DNA of 64,000 nucleotides from Candidatus Mediterraneibacter vanvlietii (lineage in GTDB: Bacteria > Bacillota > Clostridia > Lachnospirales > Lachnospiraceae), in contig DXGZ01000027.1 in assembly GCA_019113645.1 (NCBI GenBank), forward strand, positions 11,461 through 75,460, in the 5' to 3' direction. Shown here in pieces: positions 10,445 to 20,643 of the stretch. Within the stretch, counting starts at the first letter, position 1. Every line of letters starts with the position of its first letter. A model generated the notes under the pieces. It did no database searches, was not told the DNA's origin, and was given only the letters and a program-made list of their open reading frames with translations. A program made the position numbers and the translations under genes.

Positions 10445-10547
10445 ACTTTTTCCTCCCTGCCGCTCCGGGATACACCACCATGTTCCAACAGTATACCACA
10501 GCGCTGCCGCAGAATGGGGAAATGCCAGAAATCATTGCATTTTTCTC

Positions 10548-10578
10548 TTGACAACAAACCGCGTACTGGTGTATATTA
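10548..10578 (+). promoter_or_regulatory. candidate sigma-A promoter for tRNA-Thr
   Basis: TTGACA at 10548-10553, then a 17-18-nt spacer with a TG extension, then gTATATT about 30 nt upstream of the tRNA. Confidence 0.5.
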
Positions 10579-10608
10579 TTGCTTGCGTATGAAAGCGCGT
10601 TTTTATAT

Positions 10609-10681
<73 letters not shown>

Positions 10682-10695
10682 TCCTTATTTAAAAG

Positions 10696-10720
10696 AGCCC
10701 CGAATATTCGGGGCTTTTTT
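10696..10720. terminator. bidirectional rho-independent terminator between tRNA-Thr and dtd
   Basis: agccccg-aatatt-cggggct is followed by a T6 run and preceded by an A4 run. Confidence 0.7.
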
Positions 10721-10735
10721 ATCATTTCTGATGAT

Positions 10736-11182
10736 CTATAATGTTTCCGAATCCAGGAGAATGGTAAACGGTCCGTCATTCACCAGGCTTACCTTCATCT
10801 CCGCGCCGAACCGGCCGGTCTGCACATCAGGCACAGACTTCCTGCATTCAGCGATAATATATTCATAAAGCGCTTCTGCCCTGTCCGGGCTGCCCGCTTC
10901 TATGAAGCTGGGTCTGTTCCCCTTCCTGCAGTTTGCGTACAGGGTAAACTGTGACACAAGCAAAAGGCTGCCTTCCACGTCCGCAAGAGAAAGGTTGGTC
11001 TTCCCGTTTTCGTCTTCGAAGATGCGAAGTCCGATCATCTTCTTCACCATCTTGTCCGCAACCGCTTCCGTATCACTGTCGGAAACACCGATCAGCACAA
11101 GATATCCTCTGTCGATCTTTCCAACCGTCTCCCCATCTATTACAACCGATGAATCGGTCACTCTCTGTATGACAAATCTCAT
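10736..11182 (-). CDS. dtd: D-aminoacyl-tRNA deacylase
   Basis: 148 aa. MRFVIQRV...GYLVLIGV...SQFTL...GNRPSF are Dtd signatures. Confidence 0.9.
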   Translation of the reverse strand: MRFVIQRVTDSSVVIDGETVGKIDRGYLVLIGVSDSDTEAVADKMVKKMIGLRIFEDENGKTNLSLADVEGSLLLVSQFTLYANCRKGNRPSFIEAGSPDRAEALYEYIIAECRKSVPDVQTGRFGAEMKVSLVNDGPFTILLDSETL

Positions 11183-12144
11183 TGTTCTTCCTCCTGTATG
11201 GTTCCTGTATTGCTATTCGGGATCTCTGTAGTCATATTCGCCCCTTCTCCTCCGGAGCCTGCCGCTTTCTCTGCGCCCGCATGCTCTTCCGGCGGGCCGT
11301 ATCCAGCACCGGCAATTTTCTCCTCTGTCTCCCGGTAGATTTTCATAAGAAGAAAAACTGTTGCCGGAATGCTTACGAGAATCAGGAATCCGATCAAGAC
11401 TCCCGGCAGGAACCGATTCTCCAGTTCCACAACAACCGTGCCGCACAGATTAAACATGGAGTGCATTGCAATCGGGATCAGGATGCTGTCATAGCGATAT
11501 GCGAGATATCCGAGAAGGAATCCAAGGCATGCAGCATAGATTCCCTGCACAAGATTCATGTGGAACAGCCCGAAGAGCACTGCCTGCACCAGATTCGCCG
11601 CCAGAAAAGCCAGCCCGGCACGCCTCATGTACCGGTAGATCAGTCCTCGGAAAATAGTCTCTTCCACAATCGGCGGCAGTATAACTGTCCCAATCACCCA
11701 GAGCAGCGAATAATCCGATACTCCCGATGTCTCTATCATCTCCGTGTAATTTTCCATCGAAGACGGAAGAAGGATGCCGATCAATGTAAGAATCAGGGAT
11801 ACCGCATGCTGCACCGCAAGAGTAAGAAGAGCGATCCAGCCGAAATCAGCCCCCTTTAGTTTCCGCGTCTGTTCTGCCATATACATGGAGACACCTTTCT
11901 TCTCAATAAAAGCAAAATAGTACCACAGAACAAATACGCTGCCTGTTATCACATAGATCAGGCATGTATAAAAATTCAGGTTGCTCATCAGAAACTGCGC
12001 GGCATCATAGCCGCCCTGCGCTCCTTTGGCCCTCGTGCCCACAAGCACGGCAAAGGACGAGATGATGACCGCGCTCATGTTCATGATCACCATTGTCAGC
12101 ACAAAAACAAGCGCTGCCATCACATAGTTCGTTCGTCTTTTCAT
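11179..12144 (-). CDS. CPBP family intramembrane glutamic endopeptidase (CAAX protease/Abi-like)
   Basis: Motifs EETIFRG, FGLFH and HSMFN in a polytopic membrane protein. I chose the ATG at 12144 (aggaga RBS). The ORF track extends to 12165. Confidence 0.8.
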   Translation of the reverse strand: MKRRTNYVMAALVFVLTMVIMNMSAVIISSFAVLVGTRAKGAQGGYDAAQFLMSNLNFYTCLIYVITGSVFVLWYYFAFIEKKGVSMYMAEQTRKLKGADFGWIALLTLAVQHAVSLILTLIGILLPSSMENYTEMIETSGVSDYSLLWVIGTVILPPIVEETIFRGLIYRYMRRAGLAFLAANLVQAVLFGLFHMNLVQGIYAACLGFLLGYLAYRYDSILIPIAMHSMFNLCGTVVVELENRFLPGVLIGFLILVSIPATVFLLMKIYRETEEKIAGAGYGPPEEHAGAEKAAGSGGEGANMTTEIPNSNTGTIQEEEQ

Positions 12145-12183
12145 ATGTCTGTCTCCTGTTGTCACTCTGCCCGTTTCCGGCTG

Positions 12184-12819
12184 TCAGTCAGAACGCCGGA
12201 GCATTTTCTCTGCCTTCCCGCGGATTCTCTGAAGAGCATTGTCGATGGATTTCGGGCTCTTTCCGAGCAGATCCGCGATCTTCCGGTAATCTGTACCCAT
12301 AAGATGAAGATACAGAACATTTCTCTCCAGCTGGCTCAGATTATCATTGAGCTGTTCCACAAACGCCTCCGTATATTCCTTTCCGAAATACAAAGCCTCC
12401 GGGTCTGTCTCCTGCTCAGGCTCGATCGTGTCGATCAGCGCCATTTTCTTTCCATCCCCTCTCACTTCACTCTCTTCATAGAGAGAGATGTAGGAGTTAA
12501 GGGGCAGATGCTTCTTTCTTTTTGACGCTTCAATCGCACTGTACATCTGGCGGGATACGCAGAGTTCTGCAAAACTCGAAAACGAAGCCCCCTGCCCGGA
12601 ATCATAATCACGGACTGCCTTGATCAGCCCGATCATTCCCTCCTGAATCAGATCTTCCGTCTCCCCGCCCAGCAGATACATTGCGCGCGCTTTTTTTCGA
12701 ACCATGGACTTATACTTGTCCATGATATAATCCATAATCCTGCGATCTCCGTCTCTTAGTTTCGCTATGAGCTGTTCATCTGTCAATCGATCATATTTGT
12801 TCATAAGCTCACCTGTCAA
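12184..12819 (-). CDS. sigH: RNA polymerase sporulation/stationary-phase sigma factor SigH
   Basis: Sigma-70 regions 2 and 4 are present (EDLIQEGMIGLIKAVRDYD; YRKIADLLGKSPKSIDNALQRIR). It sits downstream of rlmB as in Bacillus. The start is either TTG at 12819 (gggagg RBS) or ATG at 12804. Confidence 0.85.
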   Translation of the reverse strand: MTGELMNKYDRLTDEQLIAKLRDGDRRIMDYIMDKYKSMVRKKARAMYLLGGETEDLIQEGMIGLIKAVRDYDSGQGASFSSFAELCVSRQMYSAIEASKRKKHLPLNSYISLYEESEVRGDGKKMALIDTIEPEQETDPEALYFGKEYTEAFVEQLNDNLSQLERNVLYLHLMGTDYRKIADLLGKSPKSIDNALQRIRGKAEKMLRRSD

Positions 12820-12869
12820 TATTTACCTCCCACCGGTGTCAGATCTGTTTGCGCTCTGCCGGTGCCGGA

Positions 12870-13661
12870 TCATTTTTTCTGAATTCTCTGACGGACAACT
12901 TCGTACGCAAGGATGCCGCACGCTACCGATGCATTCAGAGACGTAATCTCTCCTTTCATCGGGATTGCCGCCGTAAAGTCACAGTTTTCCTTCACAAGAC
13001 GGCTGACGCCCTCTCCTTCACTTCCGATAACCAGCCCGATCGGTCCGGTCAGATTCAATCCGTACATCGGCTCGCCGTCCATATCCGCGCAGGCGAACCA
13101 GAGTCCCTTTTCCTTCAGTTCTTCCATGGTCTTCACCAGATTCGTCACTTTCGCCACAGGAGTGTAGTTCAGCGCTCCTGCCGAAGTTTTCGCAACTGTC
13201 GCCGTGAGCGAAGCCGCACGCCGCTTCGGGATAATCACGCCGTGAGCTCCGGCAATATTCGCAGTCCGGATAATGGCGCCCAGGTTGTGGGGATCCTCGA
13301 TCCCGTCCAGCAGGATCAGAAACGGATCCTCGCCCCGCTCTTCCGCCAGTTTGAGCATATCGTCAATCTCCGAATACGCATAGGCGGCCGCATAGGCGAT
13401 TACCCCCTGATGCTTCCCTGTCTGTGTAAGCTGTGAGAGTCGCTCTTTCCCTACAAAATTAATAATGGTATCATGCTTCTTTGCCTCGCGCACAATAGTG
13501 CGCACCGGTCCGTCCTGGCATCCGTCGAGAACAAACAGTTTATCGATGGTTCTGCCGGAACGAAACGCCTCCAGCACAGCATTCCGCCCTTCAATGACGA
13601 GTGTGTGCTCCGTATTGCTGCTCATATTATTGTCCTGCATCTTCTGTTTCCTTTTCCTCAT
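12870..13661 (-). CDS. rlmB: 23S rRNA (guanosine-2'-O)-methyltransferase RlmB (SpoU/TrmH family)
   Basis: SpoU motifs (DPHNLGAIIRTA, LVIGSEGEGVS, IPMKGEITSLNASVA). The start is uncertain; alternatives are ATGs at 13640 and 13625. Confidence 0.85.
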   Translation of the reverse strand: MRKRKQKMQDNNMSSNTEHTLVIEGRNAVLEAFRSGRTIDKLFVLDGCQDGPVRTIVREAKKHDTIINFVGKERLSQLTQTGKHQGVIAYAAAYAYSEIDDMLKLAEERGEDPFLILLDGIEDPHNLGAIIRTANIAGAHGVIIPKRRAASLTATVAKTSAGALNYTPVAKVTNLVKTMEELKEKGLWFACADMDGEPMYGLNLTGPIGLVIGSEGEGVSRLVKENCDFTAAIPMKGEITSLNASVACGILAYEVVRQRIQKK

Positions 13662-14103
13662 TTTTATGATCCATGCTCTGAAGGCCGATCGTCACCAGTT
13701 CCGTTATCCTGGCATACTCTCCGTTCAGGTACAGATACCCGATCAGCGCTTCGAACCCTGTTGCCCTGCGGTAGTCAGTGATTGACTGATTCTTCGCGGG
13801 GGAGACGCTTCTCGCATTCCGCCCTCTCCGGTATACCGCATGTTCCTCCGCGGTCAGGTGTTCCTGCATGGAGCGCATCATATAGGACTGGGCGGAAGCC
13901 TGCACGTACTGACTCGTCTCCTCGTGGAGCTTATGCACCTGCCGGTTTCCCCGTCCCGCCACCATCAGCTTGATAATCAGATCAAACACACAGTCTCCGA
14001 TGTAGGCAAGCACAAGCGGAGAACTCGTCCGGGGATCGATCTTCTCCATCCCCGGAATCTGATTCATATAATGTTCAAATCCGTATTCTACGCCTTTTTC
14101 CAT
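13627..14103 (-). CDS. mrnC: mini-ribonuclease 3
   Basis: [11 protein letters not shown]... and ...[13 protein letters not shown] are RNase III-like Mini-III motifs. RBS is gaaggag. It follows cysS as in Bacillus. Confidence 0.85.
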   Translation of the reverse strand: MEKGVEYGFEHYMNQIPGMEKIDPRTSSPLVLAYIGDCVFDLIIKLMVAGRGNRQVHKLHEETSQYVQASAQSYMMRSMQEHLTAEEHAVYRRGRNARSVSPAKNQSITDYRRATGFEALIGYLYLNGEYARITELVTIGLQSMDHKNEEKETEDAGQ

Positions 14104-15494
14104 TTTACTCCTTCCCGGGTGTCCTCCAGAATGATTCCTTTCTGGAGCAGCTCGTCTCTGATCTGGTCTGCCAGCGCGAAGTTTCTCTCTTTTCTGGCAG
14201 CCTGGCGCTTCTCAATCATTGCCTCGATCTCTTCATCCAGCATCTCTTCCTTGCGCTCAATGATAATTCCAAGCACATCCGTAAGCTTAAACAGGCGCTC
14301 GTACAGGCTGTCAAGATATTCTTTTGACCTGTTTCCATCTGCCGATGTATTGATATATTTAACAAGTTCAAACACTGAGGCAATCGCATCCGCGGTATTG
14401 AAATCATCATCCATCGCGCGTTCGAATCCTTCTGTGTAGACGTCCGCCTTAGCCAGCAGTTCTTTCTCTTCCTCTGTCAATGTCTCTGCTGAAGCGTTGT
14501 CGGATAAGAACTTCAGGTTTTCCGCTGCGGTCAGGATTCGCTCAAGACCGTTCTTCGCCGCTTCCATAAGCTCTGCGCTGAAGTTAAGCGGGCTTCTGTA
14601 ATGCGCGCTCAGCATGAAGAAACGCAGCACCTGAAGATCATATTTCTCGCTGATCTCTCTTACTGTGAAGAAGTTGCCCAGTGACTTTGACATCTTTCTG
14701 TTGTCAATGTTCAGGAATCCGTTGTGCATCCAGTATTTTGCGAATTCCTTTCCGTTCGCAGCCTCGCTCTGAGCGATTTCATTTTCATGGTGCGGGAAAA
14801 TCAGATCCTCGCCGCCGGCATGAATGTCGATCTGCTCACCGAGATATTTCTTAGACATCTCAGAGCACTCGATGTGCCAGCCCGGGCGTCCTTCACTCCA
14901 CGGAGACGTCCATGCAGGCTCGCCTTCCTTTTTCGGTTTCCAGAGAACGAAATCCAGCGGATCTTCCTTCTCATCCTCGCCGGTCACAAGCAGCGCTCTG
15001 CCGCCTGACTGAAGGTCATCCAGATTCTTGTGGGAGAGCTTGCCGTAATCCTCGAATTTTCTCGTGCGGTAGTAGACGGTTCCGTTTTTCTCATAGGCAT
15101 ACCCTTTGTCAATCAGCGTCTGGATCATGTCAACCATGCCGCAGATCTCTTCTGTTGCCAGCGGGTTCTTTGTCGCAGGCTTGATATTCATTGCGTCCAT
15201 GTCTTTCTTGCACTCAGCGATATACCGCTTGGATATCTCATCCGCTGTAACGCCCTCTTCAATGGCTTTCTTGATAATCTTGTCGTCTACATCTGTGAAA
15301 TTCGAGACAAAGTTCACATCATAGCCTCTGTATTCAAAATAACGTCTGACCGTGTCAAATACGATCATCGGACGCGCGTTCCCGATGTGAATAAAATTAT
15401 ATACGGTAGGTCCGCATACATACATTTTCACCTTACCCTCTTCCAGAGGTACAAATTCCTCTTTTCTTTTTGACATTGTGTTATAGATCTTCAT
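14088..15494 (-). CDS. cysS: cysteine--tRNA ligase
   Basis: 468 aa. [14 protein letters not shown]...[16 protein letters not shown] (HIGH) and KMSKSLGN (KMSKS). Confidence 0.95.
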   Translation of the reverse strand: MKIYNTMSKRKEEFVPLEEGKVKMYVCGPTVYNFIHIGNARPMIVFDTVRRYFEYRGYDVNFVSNFTDVDDKIIKKAIEEGVTADEISKRYIAECKKDMDAMNIKPATKNPLATEEICGMVDMIQTLIDKGYAYEKNGTVYYRTRKFEDYGKLSHKNLDDLQSGGRALLVTGEDEKEDPLDFVLWKPKKEGEPAWTSPWSEGRPGWHIECSEMSKKYLGEQIDIHAGGEDLIFPHHENEIAQSEAANGKEFAKYWMHNGFLNIDNRKMSKSLGNFFTVREISEKYDLQVLRFFMLSAHYRSPLNFSAELMEAAKNGLERILTAAENLKFLSDNASAETLTEEEKELLAKADVYTEGFERAMDDDFNTADAIASVFELVKYINTSADGNRSKEYLDSLYERLFKLTDVLGIIIERKEEMLDEEIEAMIEKRQAARKERNFALADQIRDELLQKGIILEDTREGVKWKKA

Positions 15495-16167
15495 CCTGAT
15501 CTCCTTTCCTGTTCAGACATCTCAGATCTTTCATAAGATTTTTCAGTTCTCTGTGAAGTCTGATATTTTCATCCTGTAATTTCTTGATATCATTTAAGAC
15601 AGGATCCGGCAGATGCACCTGATCCATGTCGAGCCTTGGAACTTTTTTGTTATCCATGCGGACGATACGGCCCGGCACGCCGACCACCGTACAGTTCGGG
15701 GGCACTTCCTCCAGTACAACGGAACCCGCGCCGATCTTGGAATTCTCTCCGATTGTAAATGAACCGAGAATCTTCGCGCCTGCACTCACCATCACGTTGT
15801 CTTCCAGTGTCGGATGGCGCTTGCCCTGCTCCTTTCCCGTACCGCCAAGCGTCACTCCCTGATAGAGCGTCACATTATCGCCGATTACCGTTGTCTCCCC
15901 GATGATCACACCGCTTCCATGATCGATGAATAGCCCTTTCCCGATCGTTGCGCCGGGATGAATCTCGATACCAGTCTTGCGCGCTGCTCTCTGTGAGATC
16001 CACCGTGCAAGGAAATAATGTTTCTTCAGATACAGCTTATGTGCAATTCTGTATTTTAAAATCACACGAAAGCTCGGATAGAGAAAGACTTCCAGATTCG
16101 ATTTAATCGCCGGGTCTCTCTCCTTAATCACCTGGATCTCTTCTTTTACATATGATATTATACCCAT
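15481..16167 (-). CDS. cysE: serine O-acetyltransferase
   Basis: Hexapeptide-repeat core [41 protein letters not shown]. It lies upstream of and overlaps cysS. Confidence 0.9.
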   Translation of the reverse strand: MGIISYVKEEIQVIKERDPAIKSNLEVFLYPSFRVILKYRIAHKLYLKKHYFLARWISQRAARKTGIEIHPGATIGKGLFIDHGSGVIIGETTVIGDNVTLYQGVTLGGTGKEQGKRHPTLEDNVMVSAGAKILGSFTIGENSKIGAGSVVLEEVPPNCTVVGVPGRIVRMDNKKVPRLDMDQVHLPDPVLNDIKKLQDENIRLHRELKNLMKDLRCLNRKGDQDEDL

Positions 16168-16235
16168 TCACATCACCCCATTCAAGTCCGCTGCAGTGCG
16201 ATCTTCGCGGAAAGACTTTTATCTCGCAGGAGGAC

Positions 16236-16525
16236 AGTTTCCATTGAAACAAAAAAACTCCGCCTCTGACAAGAGACGAAGTTTATCCGCGGTTCCACTC
16301 TAATTAAAAGAATTGTTTCTTTCACTCAAACTGCCTGTAACGCCGGCAAAACGTATTCCGCTACTTTCAGATGTATTGCACGGTTCGATATGCATCACCT
16401 GGTTCGCGGAATCAGCTCACGGAGGCACTTCGCAGAACGTCGGCACGGGGAGGCTTTCAGCCGGTGGCGTCCCCTCTCTGAGAGCTTCGTGATCTGTTAC
16501 TCTTTCCGTTCATCGCCTTTCTGAA
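16236..16525 (-). promoter_or_regulatory. T-box leader (Cys specifier UGC) controlling cysE-cysS
   Basis: All elements read on the minus strand: an AGAGAG box, a distal-loop-like ggcugaaa, cguucUGCgaag in the specifier position (plus 16432-16434), the T-box sequence agaGUGGaACCGCGg (plus 16286-16300), and then the terminator cuucgucucuugucagaggcggag plus U7. Confidence 0.7.
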
Positions 16526-16641
16526 TATATCCATATGGTTTCCGTATGATATTCTCGTGTGCGCGATATTTCCGGCACACTCCCTATATTATTCAATATT
16601 CCGCAATTTGTCAACAGCTATACTGATTCCTGTAAACTCAG

Positions 16642-17796
16642 TTATACCACTTCATTAAAACATACCCGGGACAGTTTTTCGATCTTTTCCAGTTCCTGCG
16701 CCAGATGTTCTGACATCAACACGCCTTCACGTCCGGCAAGTTCGCTGATATCTATTCTGCCAAACAGATATTCCGTGAGATCAGCCACAGGAATGACACC
16801 TTCGGAGTCTTCGTATTCCCGGATACGAATCTGAGTCTCCCCGGGCCTGCTCGTTATCTTCCAGACTCTGCTGTTCTGATGAATGATCGGATCGAGAACA
16901 GCAAAAGAGCATTCGAGAACGGTGTCCTCCGGAACTTTCATGGCGGACAAAAGCGCCGGGAAGCAGACAATCCTCGCCATGATCAGGGGGCGTTTTCCGG
17001 AAGCCAGTTCTTCCGGACACCCATAGACTTTCACGTCTTTTTCCGATTCTGTTTTCCGATTCGCCTTTAATTCCGCCACTGAATTCAGGATCTCCTTCTG
17101 AAAACCATCCAGACAGAGGAGCTCCCGCACTTCAAGTTCATCCTCAGCCGCGTAAGCGTACATTCCGACAATATCGCCGGATTGTCTCAGCAGCCGTACT
17201 CCGCCGTGTTCACTCTGCTGCTCCAGAATCATGGTCTGATAATATTCCCGGTCCTTTACCGCAGTAACCTGCCACTGCCCCTCAAAATTCTTCTTATAGA
17301 ACTCAGCCATTTCTTCCGCGTCCCAGATTCCTGCATCCGAACTTTCCAGATTCTCCGCCGATATAACTGCTTCCTGCTGCCGGTCGGCCTGCAGGCAGTA
17401 TGTCGGCTGATCATAAATATATCGAAAATCATAAGGCGTATAGATCGCTTCGGCTGCGGGCATGAGGAAGGTGAAAGGCATCTTTTTGCCATACATTGCC
17501 TGTAAGGAAGACCGCAGAAGGGTCCCCATATATCCCCTGCTCCTGTACGGTTTATCCGTCGCCACCGCAATGATGTAGGCGCTCGGAAAATACCGGTTCT
17601 CCACCTTGACCTGATAGGGATTCAGATGGATCATGGAACGGATGGCGCCGTCCTCTTCAATCACGAAGATCTGATTGTCGCGGGTTTTAATATAATAGTA
17701 ATAATCCAGGAATGCTTTTGTGTCTTCCTGAAACACTTCTTCCCATAGCGCCCTTGTCCTGGCATGTTCTTCCTGTTTCAGCCTGCGAATCACCAT
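16642..17796 (-). CDS. GNAT family N-acetyltransferase, Eis-like (GNAT plus SCP2-like C-terminus)
   Basis: 384 aa. The acetyl-CoA motif region VATDKPYRSRGYMGTLL and the length and architecture are typical of Eis-type enzymes. Confidence 0.7.
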   Translation of the reverse strand: MVIRRLKQEEHARTRALWEEVFQEDTKAFLDYYYYIKTRDNQIFVIEEDGAIRSMIHLNPYQVKVENRYFPSAYIIAVATDKPYRSRGYMGTLLRSSLQAMYGKKMPFTFLMPAAEAIYTPYDFRYIYDQPTYCLQADRQQEAVISAENLESSDAGIWDAEEMAEFYKKNFEGQWQVTAVKDREYYQTMILEQQSEHGGVRLLRQSGDIVGMYAYAAEDELEVRELLCLDGFQKEILNSVAELKANRKTESEKDVKVYGCPEELASGKRPLIMARIVCFPALLSAMKVPEDTVLECSFAVLDPIIHQNSRVWKITSRPGETQIRIREYEDSEGVIPVADLTEYLFGRIDISELAGREGVLMSEHLAQELEKIEKLSRVCFNEVV

Positions 17797-17802
17797 CTCT
17801 TC

Positions 17803-18351
17803 TCACACTTCCTGTCTCATGCCGCAGCATCCGCCGCATCCGGCGGTTTCCGCTTCCATGTCCACGCTTCTGTAGTTCGTATATTTCTCAATGGCGCAGA
17901 TCGCCTGGGAGGAAATTCCTTCCCCTGTTCCGGTAAATCCAAGTCCTTCCTCTGTTGTTGCCTTGACATTCACCTGATCCGCTTCGATGTTCAGCGCCCG
18001 GGCGATATTCTCCCTCATCTGGTCAATATGCGGTCTCATCTTTGGCTTCTGCGCGATAATTGTGGCGTCAATGTTCTCGATAATATAGCCGTTCTCGTCC
18101 AGAAGCTCTCCCACATGTTCAAGCAGGCGGATACTGGAAGCACCTTCGTACTTCGGATCCGTATCCGGAAAATGCTTTCCGATATCTCCAAGCGCAGCTG
18201 CTCCGAGCAGTGCGTCCATTATTGCATGGAGAAGCACATCCGCATCCGAATGTCCCAGGAGTCCTTTCTCGTAAGGAATTTCCACCCCGCCCATAATCAG
18301 TTTTCTGCCCACAGTCAGTCTGTGAACATCATAACCCATACCTACACGCAT
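17803..18351 (-). CDS. ispF: 2-C-methyl-D-erythritol 2,4-cyclodiphosphate synthase with a C-terminal Cys-rich extension
   Basis: [12 protein letters not shown]...[12 protein letters not shown]...FTGTGEGI are IspF signatures. I chose the ATG at 18351 (gaggag RBS). The ORF track extends to 18459. Confidence 0.9.
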   Translation of the reverse strand: MRVGMGYDVHRLTVGRKLIMGGVEIPYEKGLLGHSDADVLLHAIMDALLGAAALGDIGKHFPDTDPKYEGASSIRLLEHVGELLDENGYIIENIDATIIAQKPKMRPHIDQMRENIARALNIEADQVNVKATTEEGLGFTGTGEGISSQAICAIEKYTNYRSVDMEAETAGCGGCCGMRQEV

Positions 18352-18388
18352 AATTTTTCTCCTCTTACTGTTGTCAATCCCATCGGTT

Positions 18389-18958
18389 CTATTTTTCCTC
18401 GTAATCGTTTTCGATCTCTTCTTCCACAGCACTTTTCTCTGCTTCTGTATCATCTTCACTTTCGTCTAATTCTATAACTGCGGGACGTACAGAAGAAGTA
18501 TTTTCCTTATGGATCTCTTCAGAATTTTCTTTTTCAGCCTCTTTCTGCGTATCAGATTCTTCTGCTCCGCCATCTCCGTCTGCTTCCGGCTCCGACTGCA
18601 TTTCCGCCCCCCTGTTATCTGCGTTCTGATTCTCCTCTGACTCGTCAGCTGCTTCTAATTTCTGAAGAGAAACATTTTTTGCCGCAGCCGCCTCTCTTAC
18701 CGGGACTGTTTCTTCCTCAACCTCTTCCGGCTCCGCCTCTTCGCTTCCGCCTTTCTCTCCCCAGGTAAGTGTCCACATCTTCTTCAGGCTGTATATTGCG
18801 TACGGTGCACCCACTAAAACGAATATTCCGCCCATCACACACATAAACACCATATTGCTGGGTTGTTCATTCACCATCTGTATGATCATCCTGATCCCGA
18901 TCCATGCCAGATAACCTCCAAGAACGATTCGAAATGCGTATCCTGCTTTTTTATTCAT
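18389..18958 (-). CDS. hypothetical membrane protein with an acidic low-complexity C-terminus
   Basis: I chose the ATG at 18958 (ggagga RBS). There are two TM helices followed by an E/D/A-rich tail. Confidence 0.45.
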   Translation of the reverse strand: MNKKAGYAFRIVLGGYLAWIGIRMIIQMVNEQPSNMVFMCVMGGIFVLVGAPYAIYSLKKMWTLTWGEKGGSEEAEPEEVEEETVPVREAAAAKNVSLQKLEAADESEENQNADNRGAEMQSEPEADGDGGAEESDTQKEAEKENSEEIHKENTSSVRPAVIELDESEDDTEAEKSAVEEEIENDYEEK

Positions 18959-19100
18959 ATGTCTTATCCTCCGTGTCTGTTCTGTGCAATATTCTAACAT
19001 AAGTTTCAGGGTAATTCCAGTATCGTTATATTCCCGCAAGCATTCTGTCTATTAAGGATAATTCAGGAAAAAGTCTTTATTTTCAGAGAGACAAAATCAC

Positions 19101-19129
19101 TTGATTTTGTATTGATTTTAGTGTAGACT
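19101..19129 (+). promoter_or_regulatory. candidate sigma-A promoter for the plus-strand tRNA-Met
   Basis: TTGATT (19101-19106), 17-nt spacer, TAGACT (19124-19129). Confidence 0.45.
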
Positions 19130-19167
19130 GATCTAGGTTGATTTGAGGACCAAAACATTATTAACAT

Positions 19168-19241
19168 GGCGGAATAGCTCAGTTGGCTAGAGCACACGGT
19201 TCATACCCGTGGTGTCGCTGGTTCAAATCCAGTTTCCGCTA
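19168..19241 (+). tRNA. tRNA-Met (anticodon CAT, elongator-like)
   Basis: Hand-folded cloverleaf with anticodon arm CACGG-TTCATAC-CCGTG. It lacks the three consecutive G-C pairs in the anticodon stem that mark initiator tRNA. The anticodon arm resembles Bacillus elongator tRNA-Met. Confidence 0.85.
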
Positions 19242-19357
19242 CTGAATGAAGCTCCGTGCCTACGGGGCTTTTTCTATTTCACAATACTCTATAATTTTAT
19301 TTTAGCTGGTTTTTGTCGCCTGGTTTGAAAATGCCTCTCCGCCTTGCGAGAACGACC

Positions 19358-19386
19358 TTGTCTTTCAGGCATCTTATTGCTACAAT
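19358..19386 (+). promoter_or_regulatory. candidate promoter of the MNT-HEPN cassette
   Basis: TTGTCT (19358-19363), 17-nt spacer, TACAAT (19381-19386), 24 nt upstream of the TTG start. Confidence 0.5.
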
Positions 19387-19409
19387 ACTAAAAAAGGAGG
19401 AGTGCAAAT

Positions 19410-19778
19410 TTGGATCATTCTGTTAAGATACATCGCGAAAATTACTCTTTTCTTCCTGAACGATTTATCCGAAAGATTGAGTATGATCTTAATTATATAC
19501 AGGAGAGAAAGATTCCGGGACTCAGGCAGATTTATCTTTTCGGCAGCTGCGCAAGAGGAGAGGTACGCAGTACCAGCGACATCGATCTTCTGATCATTAC
19601 TGATAATAAAATCAAAGACCGCGCTCTGGCTGCTGATATTCGGTGGACTTTGGATGAAAAGATGGACGGGGTCCGTACAGATATCGTATATATGAATACA
19701 CAGACAGAGAAAGAAAACTCCGTATTTCAAAATGCGGTAAATCGGGATAAAAGGTTGATACTGGAGGTGATGGAATGA
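19410..19778 (+). CDS. nucleotidyltransferase (MNT) domain protein, putative antitoxin of an MNT/HEPN pair
   Basis: LFGSCARGEVRSTSDIDLLI matches the GSxxRG...SD[IV]D minimal nucleotidyltransferase motif. TTG start with aaaggaggag RBS. Confidence 0.8.
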   Translation: MDHSVKIHRENYSFLPERFIRKIEYDLNYIQERKIPGLRQIYLFGSCARGEVRSTSDIDLLIITDNKIKDRALAADIRWTLDEKMDGVRTDIVYMNTQTEKENSVFQNAVNRDKRLILEVME

Positions 19779-20170
19779 TAAAAAATTCATACATTGATAT
19801 TGCGCGAAATGATCTGGAATATCTTGAATCTGTTCTGAAAACCGGCAGCTGCTTTTATAATCAGCTCGCCGTACAGTGTCAGCAGGTGACAGAAAAATAT
19901 CTGAAAGGTTATCTGGATAAACTGCTGTCAGATGAGGATGTTTCAGACTTGTTAAGACGGCACAATATGAAAAGAATCGCTTCAAAACTGAATGAAATCT
20001 ATCCCGAATTAAAGCTGGACACAATCGGGCTCGCTTACCTTACAGATTTTTATTTTGATGCAAGGTATCCGGGAGATGATTTTATGACAGTATCTAAGGA
20101 GGAGTTTCAAAAATGTCTTTCCGTTATGTATGACACTGTAAACAAGTTAAAGTCTTTAGACGGCAAATGA
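19775..20170 (+). CDS. HEPN domain protein, putative toxin of an MNT/HEPN pair
   Basis: 131 aa. RRHNMKRIASKL (the R/H region) and DARYPGDD are HEPN (PF05168-type) hallmarks. It overlaps the MNT gene by 4 nt (ATGA). Confidence 0.8.
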   Translation: MIKNSYIDIARNDLEYLESVLKTGSCFYNQLAVQCQQVTEKYLKGYLDKLLSDEDVSDLLRRHNMKRIASKLNEIYPELKLDTIGLAYLTDFYFDARYPGDDFMTVSKEEFQKCLSVMYDTVNKLKSLDGK

Positions 20171-20212
20171 TAATGTCACAACAAGGACAGGACTCATATA
20201 TGGCGAAAAAAG

Positions 20213-20245
20213 GAGCTGTTGCATTAATGCAACGGCTCTTTTTTA
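20213..20245 (+). terminator. rho-independent terminator of the MNT-HEPN cassette
   Basis: gagctgttgcatt/aatgcaacggctc stem followed by T6. Confidence 0.65.
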
Positions 20246-20349
20246 ACTCCAACGTAATTATTATTGATTTTTATCCCTATTTAAGCAGACTGTTGAATTG
20301 CAGAGAATTATATAATCAAAAAGCTCCGTAAATACGGAGCTTCATTCAG

Positions 20350-20423
20350 TAGCGGAAACTGGATTTGAACCAGCGACACCACGGGTATGAACCGTGTGCT
20401 CTAGCCAACTGAGCTATTCCGCC
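20350..20423 (-). tRNA. tRNA-Met (anticodon CAT), identical to the copy at 19168-19241
   Basis: Its reverse complement matches the plus-strand copy at every one of the 74 positions when compared by eye. It shares the same 16-nt trailer and a similar terminator. Confidence 0.9.
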
Positions 20424-20437
20424 ATATCAGGTTTTTA

Positions 20438-20510
20438 TGGGGCCTATAGGGCTCGAACCTATGACCCTCTGCTTGTAAGGCAGATGCTCTCCCAGCTGAG
20501 CTAAGACCCC
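20438..20510 (-). tRNA. tRNA-Val (anticodon TAC)
   Basis: Hand-folded: acceptor GGGGTCT/AGGCCCC, anticodon arm TCTGC-CTTACAA-GCAGA, T loop TTCGAGC. Confidence 0.9.
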
Positions 20511-20553
20511 ATAATCTTGCGGGTCAAGGTTGTTTCCCTCAACCCGCTTTGCT

Positions 20554-20583
20554 ATTATACTATCAAGTTCCGCCAAATGTCAA
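20554..20583 (-). promoter_or_regulatory. candidate sigma-A promoter of the tRNA-Val/tRNA-Met operon
   Basis: The minus strand reads TTGACA, an 18-nt spacer, then TATAAT. Confidence 0.6.
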
Positions 20584-20643
20584 CACTTTTTTTTAGGAAA
20601 TTTTAAATTTTTTAAATTACATATATTATATCTAAAATTCCCT

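Noticed and set aside
19380-20024. 214-aa minus-strand ORF overlapping the MNT and HEPN genes
   Set aside because: It is antisense to two ORFs that have clear family motifs, an RBS and a promoter. It has no recognisable motif and an implausible composition.
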